A stretch of DNA of 64,000 nucleotides from assembly GCA_018714485.1 (NCBI GenBank), contig DVNJ01000024.1:15806-79805 (forward strand), written 5' to 3'. The notes below the pieces were generated by a model, which worked only from the letters and a program-made list of their open reading frames with translations, searched no databases and was not told the DNA's origin. Origin of the DNA: Candidatus Caccalectryoclostridium excrementigallinarum (GTDB taxonomy: Bacteria; Bacillota; Clostridia; Christensenellales; UBA3700). Below, in pieces: positions 1 to 8,744 of the stretch. Numbering within the stretch: the first letter of the stretch is position 1; every line of letters begins with the position of its first letter. Made by a program: the position numbers and the translations under genes.

Positions 1-528
1 TATTCTTATGAGCAGGGGAATAACCTTACCATCGACGAAAATATCTTTCTTGACGAAGAAAGCGGCGTCGCGCTCGTAAAATTCCCGCTCGAAGGGCGGG
101 AGAACGTCTGGATGGACGTGAGTGAAGAGAATGCGGCAAGTTTTGAGCTTAGCGACGAGCTTTATCTCTTCTCCGTCCTGCCCGAAGGGGCGAGCAACGA
201 AGGGACGCGGCTTTTGAGCCTGATCTCGGTCGCGGGCGGAGAGCACCGCGCCGATAAGAACAGTTATGTCTATGACAACGTGCCGCGCGGCGGCAGGTTC
301 GACAATATCGTAAGCGGGCATTTCTCCCCCTGCGACGTGGGCGGTATCGCCGTGGACGCGAGCGGCAGGGTCGCGGGAATGGTGATCTCCCGCCTCATGG
401 GCAGGGGCAACGGGGACGACGCCGCCATGCAGCAGTCGGACTCGATCTACGGCATTGCGGGAATGGCGGACGTTTCCCGCCTGAGCGCGCTGCTCGAAGC
501 GGCGCAAAGGAGCGGCTATGCGCAATAA
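1..528 (+). CDS. trypsin-like (S1) fold protein, C-terminal part (5' end off-window); predicted catalytically inactive
   Basis: Frame 1 is open from base 1 to the stop at 526-528; the track shows it only from M112. SPCDVGGIAVDASGRVAGMV aligns with the GNSGGALLNKNGAVVGVI block of the downstream paralog, but Ser is replaced by Val. The DIAVLKV Asp block reads GVALVKF. Confidence 0.5.
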   Translation, partial: YSYEQGNNLTIDENIFLDEESGVALVKFPLEGRENVWMDVSEENAASFELSDELYLFSVLPEGASNEGTRLLSLISVAGGEHRADKNSYVYDNVPRGGRFDNIVSGHFSPCDVGGIAVDASGRVAGMVISRLMGRGNGDDAAMQQSDSIYGIAGMADVSRLSALLEAAQRSGYAQ

Positions 529-1303
529 GAAAATAATGATAGTCTGCTTGGCGCTTGTCGCCTGTATAATCGTCCTCGCGCTTGCCGGCTGCGTCTTGTT
601 CCGTGAAAGAGAGGCGGAGCGGGTCGTGGTCACGGCGGACGACGCCTCGACGGGCAGGCTCGTGGCGGCGAACAATATGCCCGCCGCGCTGAGAGTTTTC
701 GTCGAATCGGCGACTTCGCGCGTCAGCGGCAGCGGCTTTTACGTCAATAAGGACGGCTACGCCGTCACCAACGCGCACGTCGTGGACAGCTCGGGCAGCA
801 TTTATGTCGAGGATTACGAGGGCGGGACTCATTCCGCGCGCGTGCTCTACTCGGACGCGAGTATCGACATCGCCGTTTTGAAGGTGGACGTCGCCGTGGA
901 GCAGAGCTTCATGAAGATCGCCGACAGCGAGGATCCCGCGAATATGTATTGCGGCGACGTGGTCTATTTTATCGGCAACCCCTCCAACCTCGGACTCTTG
1001 ATGAGTTCGGCGCTCGTCTCTTCAAGCGAAGTTTATCTGAAAAATCAGTCGGGGCATACTCAAAAGAGCATACTTTTGGACGGCGACGTCAATCACGGCA
1101 ATTCTGGCGGCGCGCTGCTCAACAAGAACGGCGCCGTCGTGGGCGTCATCTACGGACGCATGGAAAACAACTCCGCCTCGTCCACGCAAAAGGACGACAT
1201 CTACGGCTTGGGAACGGCGGTCCCTTCCAAAGATCTGATGGAGTTTTTGCGGGCTTGCAACGTGGACTATACTCTCGCCGGGGCGGGCGAAAGCGTTTGG
1301 TGA
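518..1303 (+). CDS. membrane-anchored S1C (HtrA-like, no PDZ) serine protease
   Basis: N-terminal TM helix IVCLALVACIIVLALAGCVLF. Triad blocks are AVTNAHVV (His), DIAVLKV (Asp) and GNSGGALLNKNGAVVGVI (Ser). Overlaps the upstream paralog by 11 nt; a hairpin terminator follows. Confidence 0.85.
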   Translation: MRNKKIMIVCLALVACIIVLALAGCVLFREREAERVVVTADDASTGRLVAANNMPAALRVFVESATSRVSGSGFYVNKDGYAVTNAHVVDSSGSIYVEDYEGGTHSARVLYSDASIDIAVLKVDVAVEQSFMKIADSEDPANMYCGDVVYFIGNPSNLGLLMSSALVSSSEVYLKNQSGHTQKSILLDGDVNHGNSGGALLNKNGAVVGVIYGRMENNSASSTQKDDIYGLGTAVPSKDLMEFLRACNVDYTLAGAGESVW

Positions 1304-1308
1304 AAAGC

Positions 1309-1340
1309 CGCGCGGCGCTTCGAAGCGCCGCGCGTTTTTG
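1309..1340 (+). terminator. intrinsic terminator after the protease gene
   Basis: Perfect 12-bp stem cgcgcggcgctt / aagcgccgcgcg (1309-1334) followed by TTTTT. Confidence 0.8.
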
Positions 1341-1363
1341 TTTATCCCGTTTGTTTTAAGAGG

Positions 1364-1381
1364 AAAAAGGGCGCCCTTTTT
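1364..1381. terminator. palindromic hairpin, likely terminator for the minus-strand ACT gene
   Basis: aaaaagggcgcccttttt is a perfect palindrome flanked by an A-run and a T-run, so it is usable on both strands. Confidence 0.55.
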
Positions 1382-1437
1382 GAGGGACGCAAACTTCCGC
1401 CCTTTCTCTCGGGCGGGAGGAGCGGCGAAAAGCTTTA

Positions 1438-1821
1438 TCAAAGATAAGCCATTTCGACCTTGTAACCGTTTTCGCCCAGCGCGCCGAGAGCTTTGAGATA
1501 ACCGTCCGAGCGCAGGAAGAAATAGACCGTGTCGAAAGTGCCCACGGGCATGACGCTCACCTCTGCGCGCGCGAGAATGCGGGAGATGTCGGACAAAAGA
1601 CCGACCATATCCAACTTCACGGGCGGAGCTATGCGGAAAGCGCGCCAACCGTCGCTGCGTTCGAGAGCGTTCTCGGGAACGCATTCGCTCGGGCAGAGAA
1701 GAGAGTATTCGCCGTCCGCGCAGGCGGCGAAAAGAAACTTGCAATTCTTTCCTTCGCTTTTTTCGAAAGCGGCGGGAAGCTTGCAGATGCTGAAAGATTT
1801 TTCTAAAGTCTGAATAGTCAT
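1438..1821 (-). CDS. ACT-domain-like small regulatory protein
   Basis: 127-aa ORF. The C-terminal GLLSDISRILARAEVSVMPVGTFDTVYFFL resembles an ACT ligand-binding fold. The second ATG (1821) was chosen because AGGGTG lies 6 nt upstream. The family call rests on resemblance only. Confidence 0.55.
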   Translation of the reverse strand: MTIQTLEKSFSICKLPAAFEKSEGKNCKFLFAACADGEYSLLCPSECVPENALERSDGWRAFRIAPPVKLDMVGLLSDISRILARAEVSVMPVGTFDTVYFFLRSDGYLKALGALGENGYKVEMAYL

Positions 1822-2004
1822 ATCTATCACCCTATGCATATATTATACCACTAAAAGAGGCGTTTTTCAAGGCTTTTGCCCATAATTGACATAATTTTGA
1901 CATTGTGTTCTTAAACAGGAAAAAGGGAAAGTGTCGTGAATGCGGCAAAAAAGAAAAACGCAGTCTCGGGAGCGGGCGGAAAAGCGGGCGAGAAAAATTG
2001 CATA

Positions 2005-2033
2005 TTTACAAAATTTTGCGCGTGTGGTATAAT
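2005..2033 (+). promoter_or_regulatory. sigma-70-type promoter for the DUF2804 gene
   Basis: TTTACA (2005-2010), a 17-nt spacer, then TATAAT (2028-2033) preceded by TGg (extended -10). A leader hairpin gatcggc/gccgatc follows at about 2045-2066. Confidence 0.7.
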
Positions 2034-2081
2034 GATGATACGGGATCGGCGGAAAACAGCCGATCTCGGCGGAGGGCTTTT

Positions 2082-3113
2082 ATGCAGACATTGCTTACGC
2101 AGGGAGATCTCTTGGACGAACAGGGCAGGCTCGCGCAGGCGGGATACGCCTATTCGTTGGTCAAAAAATACGACCGCACCAAGATAAAGGCTTCCAAACT
2201 CAGGATCAAAGAATGGGACTATTACGCCGTCACGGACGGAGAGATATTTCTCTGTTTCACGATCGCAGACATAGGGTATATCTCCATGGCGAGCGTCAAT
2301 CTCGTGGACACGCATGCGCGCTCGTGCAAGACGAGCGTGGCGGTGGGGTTGCTGCCGCTGGGCAAGACGGGCTTTCCCTCCACCTATGAACGGGGCGACG
2401 TTTCGCTGCGCATAGGCGGGAAGAAACTTTCTTTCGTCAACGACGGGATATACCGCAGGCTTTATTGCGAATTTCCCAAGTTCCGCGGCGGAAAAACGCT
2501 CGTGGCGGACATCACTCTCTCCGAGCCGCAGAAAGACAACATGGTCATCGCCACGCCGTTCAAGGAAAAGGACACGGCTTTTTATTATAACGCCAAGCTC
2601 AACTGCCTGACCGCGTCGGGCTATTTCGAGTTAGGCGGGGCGAGGCGCGATTTCACGCCCGACAAGTCGCTCGCCGTGCTCGATTGGGGCAGGGGCGTCT
2701 GGACTTACGAAAACACCTGGTATTGGGGCAGTCTGTCCTGCTATGTCGACGGGGTCAAGTTCGGCTTCAATCTCGGTTACGGCTTCGGCGACACGTCGGC
2801 GGCGTCCGAGAACATGCTCTTTTACGACGGAAAGGCGCATAAGCTCGACAGGGTGGAATTTGTCATTCCCTCGCGCCCGGACGGCGGGAGCGACTTTGAA
2901 GGGGAGTGGAAGATAAAGGACAACGAAGGGAGGCTCGACCTTGTCTTCCGTCCCGACTTCGACAGAAAAGACGGCATGAGCTTGGGCTTTTTGTGCACCA
3001 AGCAGCATCAGGTCTTCGGCGGCTTTTACGGCGACGCCGTTTTGGACGACGGCACGAAGATAACTTTAAACGGACAGAGGGGGTTCGCGGAGAAAGTCTA
3101 CAACAAGTGGTGA
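2082..3113 (+). CDS. DUF2804 family protein
   Basis: KEWDYYAV, WYWGS and FGFNLGYGFGD blocks are typical of DUF2804. ATG 2082 has a GGAGGG SD at 2071-2076. The GTG-1905 extension contains the promoter and was rejected. Confidence 0.7.
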   Translation: MQTLLTQGDLLDEQGRLAQAGYAYSLVKKYDRTKIKASKLRIKEWDYYAVTDGEIFLCFTIADIGYISMASVNLVDTHARSCKTSVAVGLLPLGKTGFPSTYERGDVSLRIGGKKLSFVNDGIYRRLYCEFPKFRGGKTLVADITLSEPQKDNMVIATPFKEKDTAFYYNAKLNCLTASGYFELGGARRDFTPDKSLAVLDWGRGVWTYENTWYWGSLSCYVDGVKFGFNLGYGFGDTSAASENMLFYDGKAHKLDRVEFVIPSRPDGGSDFEGEWKIKDNEGRLDLVFRPDFDRKDGMSLGFLCTKQHQVFGGFYGDAVLDDGTKITLNGQRGFAEKVYNKW

Positions 3114-3126
3114 TCCGCAAAAGATT

Positions 3127-3663
3127 ATGAACATTTGGCATGACTTAGACGAGAGCAGGGTAAAGCCCGAAGATTTTATCGCCTGCATAGAGATATCCAA
3201 TGGCAGTAAGAACAAATACGAAGTGGACAAAGCCACGGGAATGCTCATTCTCGACAGGATACTTTATACGTCCACTCACTATCCGGCGAATTACGGCTTT
3301 ATCCCCCGCACGTTTGCCGACGACGGCGACCCGCTCGACGTGCTCGTGCTTTGCAGCGAGCCGCTCGTGCCGCTTTCGCTGGTGAGATGCTATCCGATCG
3401 GGCATATCACCATGATAGACGAGGGCGCGGAGGACATAAAGGTCGTCGCCGTTCCTTTCAAAGAGCCGAATATGAACTGCTACGACGACATCTCCGAACT
3501 GCCGCCGCATATCCTGAGCGAGATAAAGCACTTTTTCGGCGTCTATAAGCAGCTTGAAGGAAAGGTGATGAAAGTCTTGGAAATTTACGGCAGGAAGGAA
3601 ACGGACAAGGTGATCGCGCGGGCGATGGCGGAATATAACGCCCGTTACGCAGACAAGAAATAA
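3127..3663 (+). CDS. ppa: family I inorganic pyrophosphatase
   Basis: 178 aa. KNKYEVD, YPANYGFIP and DGDPLDVLVL are hallmark PPase blocks. Confidence 0.95.
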   Translation: MNIWHDLDESRVKPEDFIACIEISNGSKNKYEVDKATGMLILDRILYTSTHYPANYGFIPRTFADDGDPLDVLVLCSEPLVPLSLVRCYPIGHITMIDEGAEDIKVVAVPFKEPNMNCYDDISELPPHILSEIKHFFGVYKQLEGKVMKVLEIYGRKETDKVIARAMAEYNARYADKK

Positions 3664-5196
3664 ATGAAAGGGGCGCGTCTTTGCGCTTATCGTCCCGCCC
3701 TCTATGCTGCGGCGGGAGTTGCCGCGGGAGTTGCCGCGGCTTTTTTCTTGCCCGCGTGGGCGAAGGCGGCGCTTGTGTTCTTTTTCGCGGCGGCGTTCTT
3801 TTGCGCAGGCGTGCTCAAAAAGGGGAAAAGAGAGCTCGCGCTCTTCTGCGCGGCGGCGCTGGCGGGAATGGCGGCGGGAGAACTCTTCCTCCTCGGCTTT
3901 CCGAGCGGCTCTTTCGAGGGCGTGATCTCGGGAAGGATCACGGACGCGACTTTTTGCGACGAATACGGGAACGCGGGCTTGAGCGGCGGGAATTATCTGC
4001 TCGAGCTGGACGGTCTGAGCGTGGACGGAAGGGCGCTTGCGGGAAGAGGGAGCCTTATCCTGCCCGCCTCCGCGCGGGCGGACCTCAAGGTGGGCGACTA
4101 TCTTTATTTTTACGGCGCCGCCTCGGGAGAGGAGTTTTCGCCCGAGAGTTATCAAAGTCTCGTCGCGGCGAAATACCGCGTCTATTATTCCTTGCAGGCG
4201 TTTGACGCGGGCGCGCTCACGCGCGTCGACGGCTCGCCGAGCGCGGTGGAGAGCATGAGGCTGGCGATCAAGGGCGCGCTTTACGACAACTGCCGCGAGG
4301 ACACGGCGTCTTTTCTCTTCGCGATGATCTTCGGCGACGTGGCGTATATGTCCGACGAGGTCGCTAAGCCCTTCCGCGACACGGGCACGGCGCACCTCTT
4401 CGCCGTTTCGGGACTTCATGTCGCCATTCTCTTTTATGCCTGCGCCCGCGTTTTGGACAAGCTGAAAATGCCTTCGCCCGTGCGTTTTTGCAGCGGCGCG
4501 GCGATCATGGTCCTCTATTGCGCGCTCTGTTCCTTTTCGCCCAGCGTGGTCAGGAGCGCGGTGATGATCATGGCGGCGGAGCTGGCGAAAGTGCTGAAAA
4601 CGCGCTATGACGCGCTCTCTTCCATGGGCGCGTCTTGCGCGGCGATACTTCTCTTTGCGCCCTATTTTCTGCTCGACGCGGGCTTTTTGATGAGTTACGC
4701 CGCCGTGTTCGGGATCTTGGGGTTTTATAAGCCCCTTTTCAGGGCGTTGAAAAAGGTCTTGTTGAAGCCGCTTGCCGAGGGGATAGCGGTGAGCGTGGCG
4801 TCCAACATCGGGCTTTTGCCGCTCATGCTCTATTATTTCGGCAGCGTTTCGCTGCTCACCGTGCCCGTGAATCTCGTCGTCGTGCCGCTCACTTCGGCGT
4901 TTTATCCCTTTTTGCTGCTCTCCGCGCTCATCGCCGCGCTTATCCCGCCCGCGGGTGCGCTCCTCACTTTGGCGAGCGTCCCCACGCTTGCGGGAGTCCT
5001 CTTCACTCAGGCGGCGGCAAATGTCTCTTCCGCCGCGCTCAACGCGGATTTTTCACCCCTGCTATGCGTTTTTTATTATCCGCTCCTGGCGATCGCCTCG
5101 GTTTTTTCGCGCTTTGACAAAAAGATAAAGGCGGGAGCGCTCGCTCTTTGCGGAGCGCTCACCGCCGCGGCTTGCTTTTTTGTTCTTCCCGTATAA
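3664..5196 (+). CDS. ComEC/Rec2-family membrane protein (short form, no metallo-beta-lactamase domain)
   Basis: Polytopic membrane protein with the competence-domain block FRDTGTAHLFAVSGLHVAILF. Its ATG directly abuts the ppa TAA. It is 510 aa and ends after the membrane domain. Confidence 0.8.
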   Translation: MKGARLCAYRPALYAAAGVAAGVAAAFFLPAWAKAALVFFFAAAFFCAGVLKKGKRELALFCAAALAGMAAGELFLLGFPSGSFEGVISGRITDATFCDEYGNAGLSGGNYLLELDGLSVDGRALAGRGSLILPASARADLKVGDYLYFYGAASGEEFSPESYQSLVAAKYRVYYSLQAFDAGALTRVDGSPSAVESMRLAIKGALYDNCREDTASFLFAMIFGDVAYMSDEVAKPFRDTGTAHLFAVSGLHVAILFYACARVLDKLKMPSPVRFCSGAAIMVLYCALCSFSPSVVRSAVMIMAAELAKVLKTRYDALSSMGASCAAILLFAPYFLLDAGFLMSYAAVFGILGFYKPLFRALKKVLLKPLAEGIAVSVASNIGLLPLMLYYFGSVSLLTVPVNLVVVPLTSAFYPFLLLSALIAALIPPAGALLTLASVPTLAGVLFTQAAANVSSAALNADFSPLLCVFYYPLLAIASVFSRFDKKIKAGALALCGALTAAACFFVLPV

Positions 5197-5224
5197 GAGA
5201 CAGGCAAAGCCCGAAAAGGTGGAG

Positions 5225-5860
5225 TTATTTTTTCAAAAGCCCGTCAAGAAGCGCTTTCAAAAAGTCGCTCACGAGCGAAAATTCGCTCAAAGAGGGGACT
5301 TCCACCCCCGCCTTTTGCATGGCGCTTATCTGCTTTTGCGTCGCGTGGGCATAAGGATAGACGCCGAAGAGAAAGGGAAGAAAGGCATAAATGAAGACTT
5401 CTTCGTCCGTTTTTTCGAGAGCGGGGAAAAAGCGCCTCAGGCAGGCGCGCAGCGCTTCGATCGCGGCGCCGTAAGCGCGCTTGAACAAGACGAGGTTTTC
5501 CTCCCTGCTCTCCGCCTCTATCTCATAGATATTGACCGAGAGCAGCTTGAACATGCGCCCGCGGCAGGAGAGGGAGTGCGCGATCTCGCGGGCAAAGCCG
5601 TCCGCGTCGAGCGCGCTTTTGCTCTCCGCGAGCGCCGTGAGCGCGCGCGTCCATTCCTCGTATTCCCGCTGCAAGAGGGCGAGAAAGATCTCTTCGCGCG
5701 TCTTGAAATAATTGTAGATGGACGTGCGCGTGAAAGAGGTCAGCTCGCTTATTTTTCCGGGCGTGATCTCCTTATAGGGCATTTTGTCGTAAAGCTCGGC
5801 GCAGGCGTTGACGATCTCGTCCTTGCGCGCCTTTGTCAGCTCTTTCGATCCTTTGGGCAT
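5225..5860 (-). CDS. TetR/AcrR-family transcriptional regulator
   Basis: N-terminal HTH block YKEITPGKISELTSFTRTSIYNYFKTREEIF. ATG 5860 is preceded by AAGGAG. The track's longer start at 5935 lies inside flavodoxin. Confidence 0.85.
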   Translation of the reverse strand: MPKGSKELTKARKDEIVNACAELYDKMPYKEITPGKISELTSFTRTSIYNYFKTREEIFLALLQREYEEWTRALTALAESKSALDADGFAREIAHSLSCRGRMFKLLSVNIYEIEAESREENLVLFKRAYGAAIEALRACLRRFFPALEKTDEEVFIYAFLPFLFGVYPYAHATQKQISAMQKAGVEVPSLSEFSLVSDFLKALLDGLLKK

Positions 5861-5871
5861 AATGTTTCTCC

Positions 5872-6339
5872 TTATCTTTCGAGCGACGCCGCCCATTCGC
5901 CCGCGCCGCGGTTGACGAGCTTGCCCTTTTGCCATTTCGCCGCGGGACAGAACGCCTTCATGCGCCGCTCCGCGCCCGCGATGCCGCTCCCGCCCGAAGT
6001 GGCGAAGGCGACGACTTCTTTGCCCTTAAGGTCTACGCGCTCCAAGAAGGTGTCGACGATGCGCGGTTCGACGTACCACCAGATCGGGAAGCCGATAAAG
6101 ATCCTGTCAAAGCCGCTAATGTCGGGCGCCGCGCTCTTCATGGCGGGGCGGCAGCCCTCGTCATTCATCTCGACGCTCGAACGGCTGTTTTTATCCGTCC
6201 AATCGAGATCCGCGCGCGAATAAGGCAGAGCGGGCGCGATCTCGAAAAGTTCTCCGCCCGTCGCCGCCGCTATCTCCCTTGCCGCGCGTGCGGTCACGCC
6301 GCTCGCGGAAAAATATGCCACCAAAACTTTGCTTTTCAT
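5872..6339 (-). CDS. flavodoxin
   Basis: 155 aa. KVLVAYFSASGVT is an FMN phosphate-binding loop, and FIGFPIWW is a typical flavodoxin block. Confidence 0.85.
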   Translation of the reverse strand: MKSKVLVAYFSASGVTARAAREIAAATGGELFEIAPALPYSRADLDWTDKNSRSSVEMNDEGCRPAMKSAAPDISGFDRIFIGFPIWWYVEPRIVDTFLERVDLKGKEVVAFATSGGSGIAGAERRMKAFCPAAKWQKGKLVNRGAGEWAASLER

Positions 6340-6351
6340 GCTTTTTTCTCC

Positions 6352-7521
6352 TTAAAGGCTTTCTTTGAGTATCTCGACTATCTCGCCGCGGTCGAGGACT
6401 TTGTAGCCGCCCTTCATCACCAAAACGGCGTCCGCGATCCCCTCTATCATCTCTTCGTTCGCGCCGAGAGAGGAGATCTTTGTCACCAACCCTAACTCGT
6501 TCATCCATTTTTCCATGGCGGCAAGCCCTTCTTTCGCGACCTGCTCGTCGCTCTTGCCCGCTTGATCGATGTCCCAGACGTTGACGGCGAAGCGCTTGAA
6601 CTTTTCAAGTCCGTAGGGCATGATATGGCGGTAATAGGGCAGTGAGACCGCCGCCAGCGTCATGCCGTGAGTGGCGTCCGTATAGGCGCCAACCGCCTGC
6701 CCGAGCATATGCACCATCCAGTCCGTGCTCTTGCCGCACGCGATGAGCGTGTTGAGCGCCCAAGTCGCCGTCCACATGATGTTGCTGCGCGCCTCGTAGT
6801 CGTGCATATCCTTGATGGCGGCGCGTGAAGAATGCAGCAGCGAACGCATCAGCCCTTCGGCGATATAATCGCTCGTGTTGTCGTCCTCGCCCGAGAAATA
6901 CTGCTCGCAGATATGGTTGAAGATGTCGTATATGCCCGCGACCATCTGATAGCGGGGCAGGGACATGGTGAAGGTCGGGTCGAGAAGGGAAAAGCGCGGC
7001 ATGACGCTCTCGCTTGCAAAGACGTGCCCTATCTTCAGCTTGGCGTCGCTGTCCGTGATGACCGCGCCCGCGTTCATCTCCGAACCCGTTCCCGCCATGG
7101 TCAGAACGCAGCCCACGGGGACTATCTCGCAGGAGGGCTCTTCAAAGCGCAGATAATATTTTTCCCACGCATCTTCCTTGCAATGCACGGAGACGGAGAG
7201 GGCTTTGGCGTAGTCGCAGACGCTGCCGCCGCCCACCGCGAGCAGCAGGTCGGCGTTCGCTCTTCTTGCGATCTCGATCCCCTCTTCGAGCTTTTTGCGC
7301 GTGGGATTGGGCATGACGCCCGCGATCTCGGTGACCGTCTTGCCGCTTTTGTTCAATATCTCGATCACTTGCTCGTAGATCCCGTTTTTCTTGATCGAAC
7401 CGCCGCCGTAGATAAGGACGACGCTCTTGCCGTATTTTGCCAGCTCGCTCGGTAAAAAGCGCAGGGCGCCCTTGCCGAAATGCAGCTTTGTCGGATTGCA
7501 ATAGGAAAATTCTCCCAACAT
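6352..7521 (-). CDS. iron-containing (group III) alcohol dehydrogenase
   Basis: GGGSVCDYAK and the downstream His-rich metal site (HMLGQAVGAYTDATHG). ATG 7521 has a GGAGGAC SD. The upstream extension to 7596 overlaps the promoter. Confidence 0.9.
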   Translation of the reverse strand: MLGEFSYCNPTKLHFGKGALRFLPSELAKYGKSVVLIYGGGSIKKNGIYEQVIEILNKSGKTVTEIAGVMPNPTRKKLEEGIEIARRANADLLLAVGGGSVCDYAKALSVSVHCKEDAWEKYYLRFEEPSCEIVPVGCVLTMAGTGSEMNAGAVITDSDAKLKIGHVFASESVMPRFSLLDPTFTMSLPRYQMVAGIYDIFNHICEQYFSGEDDNTSDYIAEGLMRSLLHSSRAAIKDMHDYEARSNIMWTATWALNTLIACGKSTDWMVHMLGQAVGAYTDATHGMTLAAVSLPYYRHIMPYGLEKFKRFAVNVWDIDQAGKSDEQVAKEGLAAMEKWMNELGLVTKISSLGANEEMIEGIADAVLVMKGGYKVLDRGEIVEILKESL

Positions 7522-7545
7522 ATATCTGTCCTCCGGAAATTTATT

Positions 7546-7560
7546 CTGACACTTTGTCAG
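7546..7560. promoter_or_regulatory. operator-like palindrome CTGACA-N3-TGTCAG at about +1 to +15 of the ADH operon
   Basis: Perfect 6-3-6 inverted repeat sharing the TGACA-N3-TGTCA core with the palindrome at 7582-7596. Confidence 0.6.
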
Positions 7561-7567
7561 TAAGGAT

Positions 7568-7596
7568 ATTATAGCGCCGTTTTGACAGGTTGTCAA
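7568..7596 (-). promoter_or_regulatory. consensus sigma-70 promoter of the ADH-flavodoxin-TetR operon
   Basis: On the minus strand: TTGACA (7591-7596), a 17-nt spacer, then TATAAT (7568-7573). Confidence 0.8.
7582..7596. promoter_or_regulatory. operator-like palindrome TTGACA-N3-TGTCAA overlapping the -35 box
   Basis: Perfect 15-bp palindrome with the same TGACA-N3-TGTCA core as 7546-7560. It is a likely site for the operon-encoded TetR. Confidence 0.6.
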
Positions 7597-7679
7597 TATG
7601 GTTTGCGCAAAATTTTTCGCTTTTTTCGAAAAAGTTTTCCGTTAAAGGGGAGAGTATCGGGCGAAAGTCGCTCACTTGT

Positions 7680-7708
7680 TTGACTTTGCCGCGCGCTTGT
7701 ACTAATAT
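7680..7708 (+). promoter_or_regulatory. sigma-70-type promoter for asnA-ychF-argS
   Basis: TTGACT (7680-7685), a 17-nt spacer, then TAATAT (7703-7708). Confidence 0.65.
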
Positions 7709-7738
7709 TATTATGTATTTTTACTTTTCGGAGGCATT

Positions 7739-8731
7739 ATGCAAGGCAAGTATACCGCGCCGATGGACCTGATAACCACGCAAAAGGCGATCAAATTCAC
7801 CAAGGACACCTTCGAGCGCAATCTATCGCGCGCGCTCGATCTGACGCGCGTTTCCGCGCCCCTCTTCGTTTTGCGCGAGAGCGGGCTGAACGACAATCTC
7901 AACGGCTATGAAAGGGCGGTATCTTTCGACATTTTGCAAACGGGCAAGACGGCGGAAGTCGTGCACAGTCTCGCCAAGTGGAAGAGATATGCGCTCAGGC
8001 AGTACGGTTTTCCCGTGCACAAGGGACTTTATACGGACATGAACGCAATAAGGCGCGACGAAGTCTGCGACGCGCTGCATTCCATCTACGTCGATCAATG
8101 GGATTGGGAAAAGGTGATAACCGCCGAGGACAGGACGAGGGAATATCTTCAAGAGACGGTGAAGCGCATTTACGGCGCGATCCGCGAGACGGCGGCGCAG
8201 GCATGCGAAAAATACGGCGTGCTGAAAAACTTTTTGAGCGAGGAGATAACCTTCGTGAGCACGCAGGAGCTCGAGGACAAGTATCCCACTCTCATGCCCT
8301 CCGAGCGCGAGACGGCGTTCGTGCGCGAGCATGGCGCGGCGTTCATCTGCGGCATAGGCGCGCCGCTCAGATCGGGCAAGCCGCATGACGGCAGGGCGCC
8401 CGATTACGACGACTGGTCGCTCAACGGCGACATCGTGCTCTATTATCCCCTTCTCGACAGGGCTTTCGAAGTGTCGAGCATGGGTATCAGGGTGGACGCG
8501 CGTTCGCTCGCCGAACAGCTCGCCGCGGCGGGCGCGGAGAGCAGGGCGAAACTGCCTTATCACGCCGAGCTTTTGGCGGGACACCTGCCGCTCACCGTGG
8601 GCGGAGGGATCGGACAATCGCGTCTTTGCATGTATATCCTCAACCGCGCCCATATCGGCGAAGTTCAGGCGAGCATATGGCCGGATTGGGAGAGAAACGA
8701 ATGCGCGCAGCGCGGCATAACGCTGCTTTGA
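7739..8731 (+). CDS. asnA: aspartate--ammonia ligase (asparagine synthetase A)
   Basis: 330 aa with an AsnA-type class II aaRS-like core (TQKAIKFTKDTFERNL..., SMGIRVD, GGGIGQSRLCM). GGAGG SD lies 4 nt upstream. Confidence 0.9.
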   Translation: MQGKYTAPMDLITTQKAIKFTKDTFERNLSRALDLTRVSAPLFVLRESGLNDNLNGYERAVSFDILQTGKTAEVVHSLAKWKRYALRQYGFPVHKGLYTDMNAIRRDEVCDALHSIYVDQWDWEKVITAEDRTREYLQETVKRIYGAIRETAAQACEKYGVLKNFLSEEITFVSTQELEDKYPTLMPSERETAFVREHGAAFICGIGAPLRSGKPHDGRAPDYDDWSLNGDIVLYYPLLDRAFEVSSMGIRVDARSLAEQLAAAGAESRAKLPYHAELLAGHLPLTVGGGIGQSRLCMYILNRAHIGEVQASIWPDWERNECAQRGITLL

Positions 8732-8744
8732 AAAAGGAGAAAAG

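Noticed and set aside
1905-2081. N-terminal extensions offered by the ORF track. This one is for the DUF2804 gene; others begin at 5935, 7596, 16831, 20544, 22019, 26123, 30879, 32106, 47447, 47638 and 62259.
   Set aside because: Each extension overlaps the preceding gene, a readable promoter or a terminator hairpin. A downstream ATG or GTG with a proper SD gives the expected family N-terminus.
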